Assembly: GCA_943373155.1 (NCBI GenBank)
Contig: CALSBJ010000031.1
Coordinates: 3 to 64,002 of the forward strand
DNA length: 64,000 nucleotides
Source of the DNA: Akkermansia muciniphila
GTDB taxonomy: Bacteria; Verrucomicrobiota; Verrucomicrobiia; Verrucomicrobiales; Verrucomicrobiaceae
Direction: 5' to 3'
This document shows positions 34,877 through 45,783 of the stretch, piece by piece. The notes beneath the pieces are model-generated. The model ran no database searches. It worked only from the letters and a program-made list of their open reading frames with translations, and was not told where the DNA came from. Position 1 is the stretch's first letter; the number at the start of each line of letters is the position of its first letter. Position numbers and translations under genes: made by a program.

Positions 34877-35719
34877 TCAATTGCAGACGGGCAGTGCGGC
34901 GCGGTGGCGCTGCATCTGGCCGAGGTGCATGCGCAGTGGCTCCCAGTGGAAGCTCACATCGCCTGGATGCGTGAAGTGCTCGCCAAGCAGGTCGTGGCGG
35001 ACGAAGAAGGCATCGGTGCCGGAGAGATCGCAGCCGACGAGCGAGTAGCCGCCCATCTCCGCGGCGGTGCTGAAGGTGCCGAGCGTGGCACCGAAGAAGG
35101 TGGAGCCGTCCCATACCGCGGAGGCATCGTAAGGCGCGGCCCAGTCGAGCTCGGCGGGAAGCAGGCCGTTGTATTCCACGCAGATCACGCGGGGACGCAG
35201 AGAGAGCAGTTTCGTGAAGACGTGGTAGGTGTTGTAATCGATGTCGATGCTCAACAGGTCGAGGTTCTCGCCGGACTGGCGTGACTGCAGCAGGTCGCGG
35301 ATGTTTTCGCGGTTCACGAACTCACGGCAGATCTTCAGCCGGCCGGTGCCGAGCAGGGCCTGCACGCTCATGGGCAGTTGATCATCCGGCGCCAGACCCG
35401 TATCGACCCACAGGCCGGACCAGCCTTGGATGAGCAGCATGTTCGAGTTGTTCTGCTGCGGCGCGGTGCCGATTTCGACGAAGCGTTTTCCACCTTCGCC
35501 GATGCGGCGGAAGATCTCCGCGAGCATGCCGTCCTGGCCGTATTGAGAGAAAAACTTCTGCCGGAAGGGCATGAGGGACTTTGGCTCGGTGTAGCGTGGA
35601 TTTTGCAGGAGCTGCGTTTCGAGCAGTTCGCACAAAAGACTGGCGGAGCGTGCGGTGGCGATGCCGCTGAGGTCGATGTTGGCCTTGGTCTGGCCGAGTT
35701 TGGAGAACACTTGTTTCAT
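34877..35719 (-). CDS. Putative SAM-dependent methyltransferase-like protein (FkbM-related), function uncertain
   Basis: FSQYGQDGMLAEIFRRIGEGGKRFVEIGTA...LDLLSIDIDYNTYHVF...VICVEYN. I recall this pattern from uncharacterised LPS/capsule-locus methyltransferase-like proteins. Start re-picked at MKQVFSK (35719). Confidence 0.55.
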   Translation of the reverse strand: MKQVFSKLGQTKANIDLSGIATARSASLLCELLETQLLQNPRYTEPKSLMPFRQKFFSQYGQDGMLAEIFRRIGEGGKRFVEIGTAPQQNNSNMLLIQGWSGLWVDTGLAPDDQLPMSVQALLGTGRLKICREFVNRENIRDLLQSRQSGENLDLLSIDIDYNTYHVFTKLLSLRPRVICVEYNGLLPAELDWAAPYDASAVWDGSTFFGATLGTFSTAAEMGGYSLVGCDLSGTDAFFVRHDLLGEHFTHPGDVSFHWEPLRMHLGQMQRHRAALPVCN

Positions 35720-35733
35720 GGGGTGGGGTGATG

Positions 35734-37065
35734 TCAGAGCGTGGCACGGCCACGCCAGCCGTTGATGAGGAGAAAGGTGTTCAGCGCCGCATTGCCGAGG
35801 GAGCCGGCCCACATCAGGCCGATGGCACCGGTGACGCTGGTAAGATCGAGGAAACAGGCGGCGGCCGCTTGGCTGCCAAAGACCATCAGCGGCCTGATCC
35901 ACGAGTGCCGCACCCAGCCGCGTGACTGGATCGGCGTGGCTGTGATGGTGATGATGAAGGAGAAGACCGTGAAGGCGAGGAAGAGCACCAGCTCAAACTC
36001 CAGCCCGCTGTAAGCCGGGCCGATGAGCCACAGCAGCTCCGTGCGGAAGAACCAGCCACCCGCCAGTGCCGCGAGGCCGACTGCCGCGCCGAGCAGGCTG
36101 GAACTGATCCACATCTTCCACAGGCGGCGCATGTTTTTCTCCTCGGACATGCGCGGCACGAGGATGCCGGAGACAATGCTGATGGGCACCTGAAGAATCA
36201 ACGCCACGCGGCCGATGGCACCCAGATCGGCGACTTGATCCATATGACCGAACCAGGCGACGATGAACGCGGCGATCTGCGCTTCGAAGAGGTAGGTCAG
36301 GTTGGTGGGAAGACCGACGAAGAAGTGCTTTCGCAGCCTCGCGGTGATCTCGGGATCGGCTTTCTGCGTGTAATCGGCCTGCTCACGTGCCCGCGGTGCC
36401 AGCCAAAGCATCATGGTGGGTAGCGGAGCCAGCACCGTGACGAGCATGACGGAGGTGGCGCTGGCGAAGCTGAAGTGAACCAAGGCCACAACGAGCACCA
36501 GACGCAGCAGCGACTGCATCAGCACCTCGATTTGCGAGTCGTTGTAGCGCCGTGCGAGGCTCAGCGGCGTGGCCATCATCTGCGAGGCGATGCTGGTGAG
36601 GGTGGAAACCAGCGCGGCAAGTGTGAGCAACACATTTTGCCATGGCGGGCAGTCACTGTGATGCAGCAGCTGCGCAAAGACTGGCAGCACTGTGAGCGCT
36701 CCAAAGGCGAGTAGCAGTGCCCGGAACCGCGCGGCGGAGGCGAGCACGACTCCCATGCGCTCACGATTGCCTGCGGCCTCGCCCGCGATGGGCATCATGC
36801 CAGTAGCAATACCCGTGACGGTGAACATGCCAAGCGCTCCGACGAGGTTTTGAGCCAGCGAATACCAGGCGTAGTCCGTTTTGGCCAGCGAACGCACCAC
36901 GATGAAGGCGGCGAGCATTTGCACGACGCGGCCAAGGATGTTCAATGAGGCATACGAGGCCACTTTGAGGCTCCAGTGCCGCATGCGACTGCCGCCGAGG
37001 CGGCGCCAGCTCCACCGCGAAAACAGCGGCGCAGGCGCGGAAAGGGCTTCGGTGGCAGTGGACAT
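35734..37065 (-). CDS. MOP-superfamily polysaccharide flippase (second Wzx-like)
   Basis: About 443 aa and polytopic. ASYASLNILGRVVQMLAAFIVVRSLAKTDYAWYSLAQNLVGAL is typical of Polysacc_synt proteins. Start re-picked at MSTATEAL (37065), downstream of the upstream stop at 37086. Confidence 0.75.
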   Translation of the reverse strand: MSTATEALSAPAPLFSRWSWRRLGGSRMRHWSLKVASYASLNILGRVVQMLAAFIVVRSLAKTDYAWYSLAQNLVGALGMFTVTGIATGMMPIAGEAAGNRERMGVVLASAARFRALLLAFGALTVLPVFAQLLHHSDCPPWQNVLLTLAALVSTLTSIASQMMATPLSLARRYNDSQIEVLMQSLLRLVLVVALVHFSFASATSVMLVTVLAPLPTMMLWLAPRAREQADYTQKADPEITARLRKHFFVGLPTNLTYLFEAQIAAFIVAWFGHMDQVADLGAIGRVALILQVPISIVSGILVPRMSEEKNMRRLWKMWISSSLLGAAVGLAALAGGWFFRTELLWLIGPAYSGLEFELVLFLAFTVFSFIITITATPIQSRGWVRHSWIRPLMVFGSQAAAACFLDLTSVTGAIGLMWAGSLGNAALNTFLLINGWRGRATL

Positions 37066-37085
37066 GCTCGTTGAGGTTTCGCGGT

Positions 37086-38114
37086 TCACTCGGTGGGAAT
37101 GCGGATTTCGAGCCACTTGACCTGATAAACGCCTTTGGGGCGCACGAGACGCTCGGTATCATCGAGCGAGGCAGGGACCATGAGGAAATCACCGGGCCGT
37201 GCATCCACGCCTGCCATCTCGGCGTGGCCTCGTACGAGCACGATGACGAGGTGCTCGCCGTATTCGCCGAGCTGGCGTGTCTCATTGATCTGGGCCGTGC
37301 GCACGAGCACCTCGAAGAAGGGGCACTTGGCAATGACGCCGTTGTCGAATGCAGGACGCGGTGTTGGCTCGATGTCGCGGAAGTCGATGCAGTCGAGACC
37401 GACATCGAGATGCAGATCGCGGGCTTTTCCTTCCGCATCGAGGCGGTTCCAATCGAAAACGCGGTAGGTGGTGTCGCTGTTCTGCTGGATCTCGAAGACA
37501 ATCAAACCGGCGCCGAGCGCATGCACGCGGCCACTGGGCACGAACATGGACTCGCCCTGGCTCATCTCGATGCTGTGAAGCATCTCCGCGCAGGTGCCTT
37601 TTTCCGCCGCTTCGACGAAGGCATCCTCGGTGACGCCTTTTTTCAAGCCGGCGTAAACCTTCGAGCCAGGTTCCGTGGCGGCGACATACCACACCTCGGT
37701 CTTTGGCTCGCCACCGAAGAGCACGGCGAGCTTGGGCGGTGGATGCACCTGCACGGAGAGGTCCTCGGCGGCATCAAGGATCTTCATCAGCAGCGGATAG
37801 CGGCGGGCAGGATGGGCCATCAAAGCAGGGCCGAAGACCTCGCGGCGGTGATTGCGCCAAAGGTCATGCAGTGTGAGACCGGCGTAGTCGCCCTCGATCA
37901 CGCGGCTCTCGCAATCGGCGCGATCACAAATTTCCCAGGACTCGCCGTAGGCCGTGGTGGCATCGGGCAGGCGGCGGTGCATGAGCGTTTCGAGCCGGCG
38001 ACCGCCCCACAGGCGCGGCTGGTAGCGCGGCTCGAAACGCAGTGCCGTGCGCGGCACCGTGTAGAGCCAGGATTCCGCTTCCGATTGAGGATCAAAAGCT
38101 AGGGATGCGTTCAT
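37086..38114 (-). CDS. manA: Mannose-6-phosphate isomerase, class I
   Basis: YQPRLWGGRRLETL, YGESWEICDR, LSVQVHPP, FVPSGRVHALGAG (cupin metal ligands). Start re-picked at MNASLAF (38114). Confidence 0.8.
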   Translation of the reverse strand: MNASLAFDPQSEAESWLYTVPRTALRFEPRYQPRLWGGRRLETLMHRRLPDATTAYGESWEICDRADCESRVIEGDYAGLTLHDLWRNHRREVFGPALMAHPARRYPLLMKILDAAEDLSVQVHPPPKLAVLFGGEPKTEVWYVAATEPGSKVYAGLKKGVTEDAFVEAAEKGTCAEMLHSIEMSQGESMFVPSGRVHALGAGLIVFEIQQNSDTTYRVFDWNRLDAEGKARDLHLDVGLDCIDFRDIEPTPRPAFDNGVIAKCPFFEVLVRTAQINETRQLGEYGEHLVIVLVRGHAEMAGVDARPGDFLMVPASLDDTERLVRPKGVYQVKWLEIRIPTE

Positions 38115-38148
38115 GGCTTGGTTTGGGGGGGAAGAGGGTTGAGAGGAA

Positions 38149-39201
38149 TCAGCGAAGGGAGGAGGGAAGAGCATCGACGAGGCCGCGAAGCTGCTCGGCG
38201 CGGTCCTTGGTGGCCACGAGCACGGCGTCATCGGTGACGACGATGATCAAATCGGTGATGCCGAGCAGGGCGATGTGCTGCGGCGTCTGGCCGACGATTA
38301 CATTGCTCTGCGCCTGCGCGGTGAGCTTCGGTGTGCTGGAGCGGTTTCCTTGATGATCGATGGGCAGATACTCGGCGTAGGTGTTCCACGAGCCGACATC
38401 ATCCCAATCGAACAAGGCCTCGATGTTCAGCACACGCAGGGCGTTTTCCATGACGACATAGTCGAAGGACTTCTTTGGCAGCGTGGTGAAGCCTTCGAGC
38501 ACGTCCGCACGCTGCGAAGCTCCACAGATGTAGCTGGCAAACTCCGGAGCCTGCCGCTCAAACTCACCGGTCAAGGTGGGCACGGACACGACGAACATGC
38601 CGGCATTCCAGCAGAAGGTGCCTGCGTCGAGAAAAGTCTGCGCGATCTCACGGGTGGGCTTTTCGCAGAAGCGCTTCACGGCATACACCGCAGGCTCCGT
38701 GTCTCCTGGCAGAGCTTCGCCACGCTCGATGTAGCCATAGGAAGGACTCGGCCAGGTCGGCTTAATGCCGATGGTGACGATGGCGGCCTCGCTGGAGGCG
38801 GTTTGCCAGGCCTTGAGCAGCACTTTTTGAAAGCCGCCGACATTCACGATGACGTGATCGGAAGGCAAAACGGCGATCACAGCCTGCAAATCACGCGCCG
38901 CGATGACGGCGGCACCGAGTGCGATAGCCGCAGCCGTGTCACGCTTCTCCGGCTCGGCGATGATATTGGCCTCGGGAAGGGCAGGAAGTAGTGAACGCAC
39001 ACCCGAAGCCTGCTGCTGGTTCGTGAGCACGATGATGCGCTCTGGTGGCACAAGGCCGTCGAGACGCTTCACCGCTTCTTCCAGCAGGCTTTGACCGCCA
39101 AACAAAGGCAGCACCTGCTTGGGACGATGGTCGCGGCTGAGGGGCCAGAATCGCTGACCGCTGCCGCCGGCGAGAATGAGTACGTAACGATGTGAATCCA
39201 T
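38149..39201 (-). CDS. manC: Mannose-1-phosphate guanylyltransferase (GDP-mannose pyrophosphorylase, no PMI domain)
   Basis: YVLILAGGSGQRFWPLSRDHRPKQ (GGxGxRxWPLSR signature). The 350-aa length fits the single-domain form. Confidence 0.85.
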   Translation of the reverse strand: MDSHRYVLILAGGSGQRFWPLSRDHRPKQVLPLFGGQSLLEEAVKRLDGLVPPERIIVLTNQQQASGVRSLLPALPEANIIAEPEKRDTAAAIALGAAVIAARDLQAVIAVLPSDHVIVNVGGFQKVLLKAWQTASSEAAIVTIGIKPTWPSPSYGYIERGEALPGDTEPAVYAVKRFCEKPTREIAQTFLDAGTFCWNAGMFVVSVPTLTGEFERQAPEFASYICGASQRADVLEGFTTLPKKSFDYVVMENALRVLNIEALFDWDDVGSWNTYAEYLPIDHQGNRSSTPKLTAQAQSNVIVGQTPQHIALLGITDLIIVVTDDAVLVATKDRAEQLRGLVDALPSSLR

Positions 39202-39228
39202 GATCGGGAGAGAATGGAAGGTTTCACA

Positions 39229-40623
39229 TTAGGCAGTCCACGAGCAGGGGCTGGTGCTCGACGCAGGATCTTTGCCGATGGCACGCACTCGGAAGCCGGT
39301 CTGGCGCAGGGCCTCGTGATCGAGCACGTTGCGGCCGTCGAAGAGCCACGCGGGCTTCATCATGCGGGCATGCACGGCTTTGAAATCGACGTCACGGAAC
39401 TCATCCCATTCGGTGAGCACAAGAAGTGCATGCGCTTGATTCGCCGTGGCCTCAGCGCTGTCGCAAATCTCCACGGAGGTGTCATTTGGCGCGAGTCCGA
39501 GATCGGCGCGAATCTGCGCGGCGCTCACCTTGGGATCGTAGATCGCGAGTTTTGCACGCTCGGCGAGCAATTGACGGCACACGCTGATGGCGGGTGATTC
39601 GCGGGTGTCGTTGGTGTCCTTCTTGAAGGCGAAACCCCAGATGCCGATGCGTTTGCCGCAGACGGTGTTGAAGAGCGCCTTCAGCACCTGGGTGGTGAAA
39701 CGGCGCTTCTGCCATTCATTCATCTGAATGACCTGTTCCCAATACGCGGAGACCTCGGGAAGACCGAAATGCCCGCAGAGGTAGGTGAGGTTCAGCACGT
39801 CCTTTTGGAAGCAGGAGCCGCCAAAGCCCACGGAGGCCTTCAGGAACTTCGATCCGATACGCGAATCCGTGCCGATGGCTCGGGCGACCTCGTCCACATC
39901 CGCTCCGGTGGCTTCGCAAAGGGCGGAGATGCTGTTGATGGAGGAGATGCGCTGTGCGAGGAAGGCATTCGCGACGAGCTTCGAAAGCTCCGACGACCAC
40001 AGATTGGTGGTGATGATGCGCTCACGCGGGACCCAAGTGGCATACACGCTGGCGAGCGTCTCGACGGCGCGGTTTCCTTCCTCATTCGTTTCACCGCCGA
40101 TGAGGATGCGGTCCGGCGAGGAGAGATCGCGGATGGCGGTGCCTTCGGCGAGGAACTCGGGATTGGAGAGCACCTGATGGTTCAAACCCATGCCGTTGTG
40201 CTTCAAAATGGTCTGGATGACTTCGGCGGTGCGCACCGGGATGGTGCTCTTTTCAACGATGATCTTCGGACGATCCGCCGTCTCCGCGATGGTGCGGGCG
40301 ACGGCCTCGACATAGCGCAGATCGGCGGCACGGTCGGCTCCGACTCCGTAGGTCTTGGTGGGTGTGTTCACACTCACGAAGATCATTTCCGATTCGTGAA
40401 TGGCCTGGCGGACCTCGGTGGAGAAGAAGAGGTTTTTACCGCGTGCCTCGCTCACGATCTCATCGAGACCGGGTTCATAGACGGGAAGGTCTTTCGAGTT
40501 CCAGGCGGCGATGCGCTCGGAATTGAGATCCACGACGTCCACGCGGACGTGCGGACATTTGGAGGCGATCATCGCCATGGTGGGTCCGCCGACGTAGCCG
40601 GCGCCGATGCAACAGATGCGCAT
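39229..40623 (-). CDS. ugd: UDP-glucose 6-dehydrogenase (long form)
   Basis: [20 protein letters not shown] (NAD fold), catalytic-Cys motif [10 protein letters not shown], 464 aa. Confidence 0.92.
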   Translation of the reverse strand: MRICCIGAGYVGGPTMAMIASKCPHVRVDVVDLNSERIAAWNSKDLPVYEPGLDEIVSEARGKNLFFSTEVRQAIHESEMIFVSVNTPTKTYGVGADRAADLRYVEAVARTIAETADRPKIIVEKSTIPVRTAEVIQTILKHNGMGLNHQVLSNPEFLAEGTAIRDLSSPDRILIGGETNEEGNRAVETLASVYATWVPRERIITTNLWSSELSKLVANAFLAQRISSINSISALCEATGADVDEVARAIGTDSRIGSKFLKASVGFGGSCFQKDVLNLTYLCGHFGLPEVSAYWEQVIQMNEWQKRRFTTQVLKALFNTVCGKRIGIWGFAFKKDTNDTRESPAISVCRQLLAERAKLAIYDPKVSAAQIRADLGLAPNDTSVEICDSAEATANQAHALLVLTEWDEFRDVDFKAVHARMMKPAWLFDGRNVLDHEALRQTGFRVRAIGKDPASSTSPCSWTA

Positions 40624-40649
40624 AGTATTGAGGGAGTTAGGGGTGGGAG

Positions 40650-41639
<990 letters not shown>

Positions 41640-41986
41640 AAGAGGTTTAGGCTGAGATGGGGAAAATCCGCGTGGCTTTAGTGTGATCCCAAGATTGAGA
41701 AGGCGACGAAAACGCTCCGAGTGGCGTTCAAGAGGTCAGTTGAAATTCCAGAGAGGTTTGATGAATTCATATCGGAGCACATGAGTTGTGAAGGTTTGAA
41801 CATCCCATCCGGGCAAGCTGCCGCCATCGGTGGAGGCGGGGTGCCTCAGCCAGCGCGGAACGGAATTGAATAACTGTCCTACCTGCTCGGAGGAACTCCA
41901 CGCGCCTTGGTCTTAGATGCGGCTAAGCCATCCCTTATGATGGGATAGGCCGAGGGTTCATTGAAGGCTTTCGGCGATGAGGAAGC

Positions 41987-43375
41987 TTGACGATGTCCAT
42001 CATGCCCAACCTTCTCCAACTAGCCTGGATGCTTGGCGTCGCACTCGTCACCGTCCTTCTTCCTGCCACCAACGAGCATCTGCCATGCACCACGCGTTCG
42101 TGGGTGATCGCTATCGTACTGCTATCTTTCGCTTTGTGGGTGATCGATCGCTTGATCCTGCATTACGGCGGCTTCAAAAGCACCCGTCGATGGTGGTGGC
42201 TGGTCTTTGGCCTGCTGCTTTATGGTTGGCTGCTGGCTTTGGTGCCATCCGCGATGATCGATGAGGCCAGCGGCACGATTTTCACTCTCGATGTTGATCC
42301 TTGGAAGGCCTTCGGCACGGTCGATGCAAAGCGCTCCACGGATGCGATGAGCCTCGTGAGCATCATGATGCTGATGCTGATCATGACGGCGGATTTGGCG
42401 CGGGATCGCTTCGGGCGGTATTGGATGGCCACGGCGGTTTCCATCGCCGGAACCATCGCTGCGGTGGCGGGCCTGTGGACGCAAACGAACGTGGATCGCG
42501 TGACTCTTTGGCAGGTGGCGCATGCACCTGCTTCGGTTTTTGGCTTGTTTTGGTATCACGGCAACGCGGCCGCCTTTTTGAACCTCGTCTGGCCGGTCAC
42601 GGCCTGGTTATTGTTGGGTGTGCTTCGTGTGCGGTTGCGTCGCGTGGTAAAACATGTGCTTGTTTCGATGCTGGGCGGTTCGCTGGTGCTGCAAATCGTG
42701 GCGGTGTTTGTCAACATGTCGAAGATGGGGCATGCGCTTGCCTTGATGGAGATGCTATTTCTGACTTTGGCGTTGTATCTGGTCCACTGGCGTCATCATG
42801 GCGGTGGCATGCGGCGCATCGTCTGGATGGGGGGGGCCGTGCTTGGGGGCGTGGTTTTGTGTGCGTGGCTCCTCGGCGGAGATCAGGGAGCCTCCCGTTG
42901 GCATGTCTTCAGCGCCCGCGGTTTCGATGATCCAGCCCGGCGGCATGCAGCGATGATGGCGCTGAGGATCGGTAACGAGGCCGGATGGACTGGAACCGGA
43001 CCCGGGACGTTTGAAGTCATGTCACCCCACTACGCAGCCCTTGATGCGGTGACCTCTCCGGGCTGGTGGAGGCATGCGCACAATGATTATGCGCAGTTCT
43101 TTGCCGAATGGGGCTGGATCGGCTGCTTGTGCCTCGCCATCGGACTGTGGAGGCCGCTGCTTTTGTTGGGGTGGCAATGGAGGCGGGCCTTGAGTCTGGA
43201 GGCTTTCAAACTGCAGTCCACGCACCGTCGTGCGGGACTTGCCTGCGGAACGGTCGCCATGGCGTCACTGATGCTCCACGCGGTCGTGGACTTCCCGTTC
43301 CAGATCATGGCCGTGCAGAACCTCGCCGTGGTGATGGTGGGTTTGCTCATTAGCTTGGTGGAAGCTCCCAAATAG
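41987..43375 (+). CDS. O-antigen ligase-like (Wzy_C/WaaL family) membrane protein
   Basis: Polytopic. GTGPGTFEVM...WRHAHNDYAQFFAEWGWIGCLCLAIGL is typical of the O-antigen ligase family. Start uncertain: MTMSIM offers three Met codons. Confidence 0.75.
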   Translation: MTMSIMPNLLQLAWMLGVALVTVLLPATNEHLPCTTRSWVIAIVLLSFALWVIDRLILHYGGFKSTRRWWWLVFGLLLYGWLLALVPSAMIDEASGTIFTLDVDPWKAFGTVDAKRSTDAMSLVSIMMLMLIMTADLARDRFGRYWMATAVSIAGTIAAVAGLWTQTNVDRVTLWQVAHAPASVFGLFWYHGNAAAFLNLVWPVTAWLLLGVLRVRLRRVVKHVLVSMLGGSLVLQIVAVFVNMSKMGHALALMEMLFLTLALYLVHWRHHGGGMRRIVWMGGAVLGGVVLCAWLLGGDQGASRWHVFSARGFDDPARRHAAMMALRIGNEAGWTGTGPGTFEVMSPHYAALDAVTSPGWWRHAHNDYAQFFAEWGWIGCLCLAIGLWRPLLLLGWQWRRALSLEAFKLQSTHRRAGLACGTVAMASLMLHAVVDFPFQIMAVQNLAVVMVGLLISLVEAPK

Positions 43376-43482
43376 GGCCAAAAACCCCCCTTAGAATGGC
43401 TGTGACATTTGCCGGTGGTCATGAGCAAATTTTGGGCGGCAATACACAAGGTGATTGTGAAAACTGGATAAGAATTGGTAGT

Positions 43483-43488
43483 ATAATG
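43483..43488 (+). promoter_or_regulatory. Perfect TATAAT hexamer 5 nt upstream of the kinase ATG (possible leaderless transcript)
   Basis: Read directly: ggtagTATAATggaattATGgca. No convincing -35 element at 17 bp. Confidence 0.25.
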
Positions 43489-43493
43489 GAATT

Positions 43494-45698
43494 ATGGCAA
43501 AAATCGCCGCCACGTCCTGCCCAGACTCTCGAAGCCTCAACGCTTCCTCTTCGGATGTCCCCGCAGGACGAACCCTGATACGAAGCTGGCGGATCGCAGG
43601 GCTGTACGGCTTTGTGGCGCTGCTTTGGATCTATTTTTCGGATCATGCCTTGGAAGCACTGGTGCAAGATCCGGCTTTATTGATCCACATCGGGATGTAC
43701 AAGGGCATTTTTTTTGTATTGGTGACCACTTTCGTGCTCTTCCTAATGATGCAGCGTACTTTTGGGGAGACGGAGAGGAACTACCTGGCACTCAAGGTGA
43801 GTGATGACGAATTGCGCCAAGCAATGACAAAGCTCACTCGAAGCGAGCAGCGCTACAAATCCACCCTCGATAGCAGCCTGCAAGGCTGCCAGATCATCGG
43901 CGCTGACTGGGTGTACCTGTATCTCAACGATGTGGCGGTGCGGCAATCACGTCGGCCCCGCGAGGAATTGCTGGGACGGACGATGCTGGAATGCTGGCCG
44001 GGCTTTTCGCAAACGACAGTTTACGAAATGCTCCGCCGCTGCCTGGAGGAGAGAAAGCCGTTTCAAGGCGAGACGGAGTTCGCCTTTCTCGATGGTGGCA
44101 CGGGCGTTTTCGATGTGCATGCACAGCCGGTGCCAGAGGGCGTCTTCGTGCTTTCCATCGACGTGACGGACCGCAGAAAATCCGACATGAAATTGCGTGA
44201 GCAGGCCGCGCTACTGGATGGGGCGCGGGACGCCATCCTCGTGCGCGATCTGGAGCACCACATCCTTTACTGGAACCATGGCGCGGAGCGCCTGTATGGC
44301 TGGAGCGCTGCCGAGGTGGCGGGCCGCTCGATCAAGGAACTGCTCTATCGTGATCCGGCAGCGTTTTGCGAGGCTACTGCCATGGTGGTGGAAAAGGGCG
44401 AGTGGACCGGCGAGATCGAGCAGCATACGCGGGAAGGCAGAGCCATCATCATCGAGGGAAGGTGGACGCTCATGCGCGATAAGGACGGGTGCCCCCAATC
44501 CATCTTCGCGATCAACACGGACGTCACAGAGCGCAAGAAGTTGGAGCAGCAATTTTTGCGAGCACAGCGCATGGAGAGCATCGGCACGCTGGCCGGTGGC
44601 ATTGCGCATGATTTGAACAATGTGCTCTCGCCGATTCTGATGTCCATCGAACTGCTGCGCATGCAGGAGAAGGACGCACGACGGCAGAACATCCTCAGTA
44701 CCATCGAGAGCAGCACCAAACGGGGCGCGGAGATGGTGCGCCAAGTGCTGTCGTTTGCCCGCGGAGTGGAGGGGCGCCAGATGGAGGTGCAGCCGCGTCA
44801 TCTGCTGCGTGAGATCGAAAAGATCGTCGACGAGACCTTTCTCAAGACGATTCGTGTGTCGTGCGATGTGCCGGCCGATTTGTGGACCGTCACGGGGGAT
44901 CCCACGCAGTTGCATCAGGTGCTGCTTAATTTGTGTGTCAACGCGAGGGATGCGATGCCGGAGGGTGGACTGCTGAGCCTTTCTGCGGAGAACATGATCG
45001 TTGATGAAAGCTTTGCGGCCATGCACGGCGGCGCTCAGGCCGGACTTTATGTGCTTTTTTGTGTGAGCGATACTGGCTCCGGCATGTCTCCCGAGGTCGT
45101 CGAGCGCATCTTTGAGCCGTTTTTCACCACCAAAGAGGTGGGCAAGGGCACCGGGCTCGGACTTTCGACGAGTATGGCTATCATCAAGAGCCACGGCGGC
45201 TTTGTGCGTGTCGAGAGCGAGACTGGCAAAGGCACCCTTTTCCGCGTGTATGTGCCTGCGGGAGTCCGAGGTGCCCATGAGCAAATGCATGAGACGGGCA
45301 CGGCAGTGGAACTGGGCAAAGGAGAGTTGGTGCTCGTTGTGGATGACGAGGCGGCCGTGCGGCAGATCACCCGGCAGACGCTGGAAGCCTTTGGCTACCG
45401 CGTGCTGCTGGCGTCGGATGGAGCCGAAGCATCTGCCCTCTTTGCGACGCGGAAGGATGAGATCGACGTCGTCATCACCGACATGATGATGCCCGTCATG
45501 GACGGCCCGGCCACGATCCAGGTAATGAAGCGCATGCGCCCGGAGATCAAGATCATCGGTGCGAGCGGCCTGAATGTGGCTGCGCTGACCATCAAAGCTG
45601 CCGAGGCGGGAGCTCACTGCTTCATCCCCAAACCTTTCACGGCGGAGAGTCTGCTGCTCGTGATACGAAGGACGCTCGATGGTAAACCCGTGTCTTGA
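43494..45698 (+). CDS. Hybrid sensor histidine kinase (2 TM, PAS domains, HisKA, HATPase, C-terminal REC)
   Basis: ESIGTLAGGIAHDLNNVLSPI (H-box), LLNLCVNARDAM, DTGSGM, GKGTGLGLSTS. REC: LVLVVDDEAAVRQ...VITDMMMPVMDGP...FIPKPF. Confidence 0.9.
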   Translation: MAKIAATSCPDSRSLNASSSDVPAGRTLIRSWRIAGLYGFVALLWIYFSDHALEALVQDPALLIHIGMYKGIFFVLVTTFVLFLMMQRTFGETERNYLALKVSDDELRQAMTKLTRSEQRYKSTLDSSLQGCQIIGADWVYLYLNDVAVRQSRRPREELLGRTMLECWPGFSQTTVYEMLRRCLEERKPFQGETEFAFLDGGTGVFDVHAQPVPEGVFVLSIDVTDRRKSDMKLREQAALLDGARDAILVRDLEHHILYWNHGAERLYGWSAAEVAGRSIKELLYRDPAAFCEATAMVVEKGEWTGEIEQHTREGRAIIIEGRWTLMRDKDGCPQSIFAINTDVTERKKLEQQFLRAQRMESIGTLAGGIAHDLNNVLSPILMSIELLRMQEKDARRQNILSTIESSTKRGAEMVRQVLSFARGVEGRQMEVQPRHLLREIEKIVDETFLKTIRVSCDVPADLWTVTGDPTQLHQVLLNLCVNARDAMPEGGLLSLSAENMIVDESFAAMHGGAQAGLYVLFCVSDTGSGMSPEVVERIFEPFFTTKEVGKGTGLGLSTSMAIIKSHGGFVRVESETGKGTLFRVYVPAGVRGAHEQMHETGTAVELGKGELVLVVDDEAAVRQITRQTLEAFGYRVLLASDGAEASALFATRKDEIDVVITDMMMPVMDGPATIQVMKRMRPEIKIIGASGLNVAALTIKAAEAGAHCFIPKPFTAESLLLVIRRTLDGKPVS

Positions 45699-45783
45699 GA
45701 CGTGCGATAAGCTAAGACTTTGCTGACTGCAATCTAAGCGCTGGCGGCGTGGCAACAGCATGAGGGGAATCTAGCGTTTCCGC

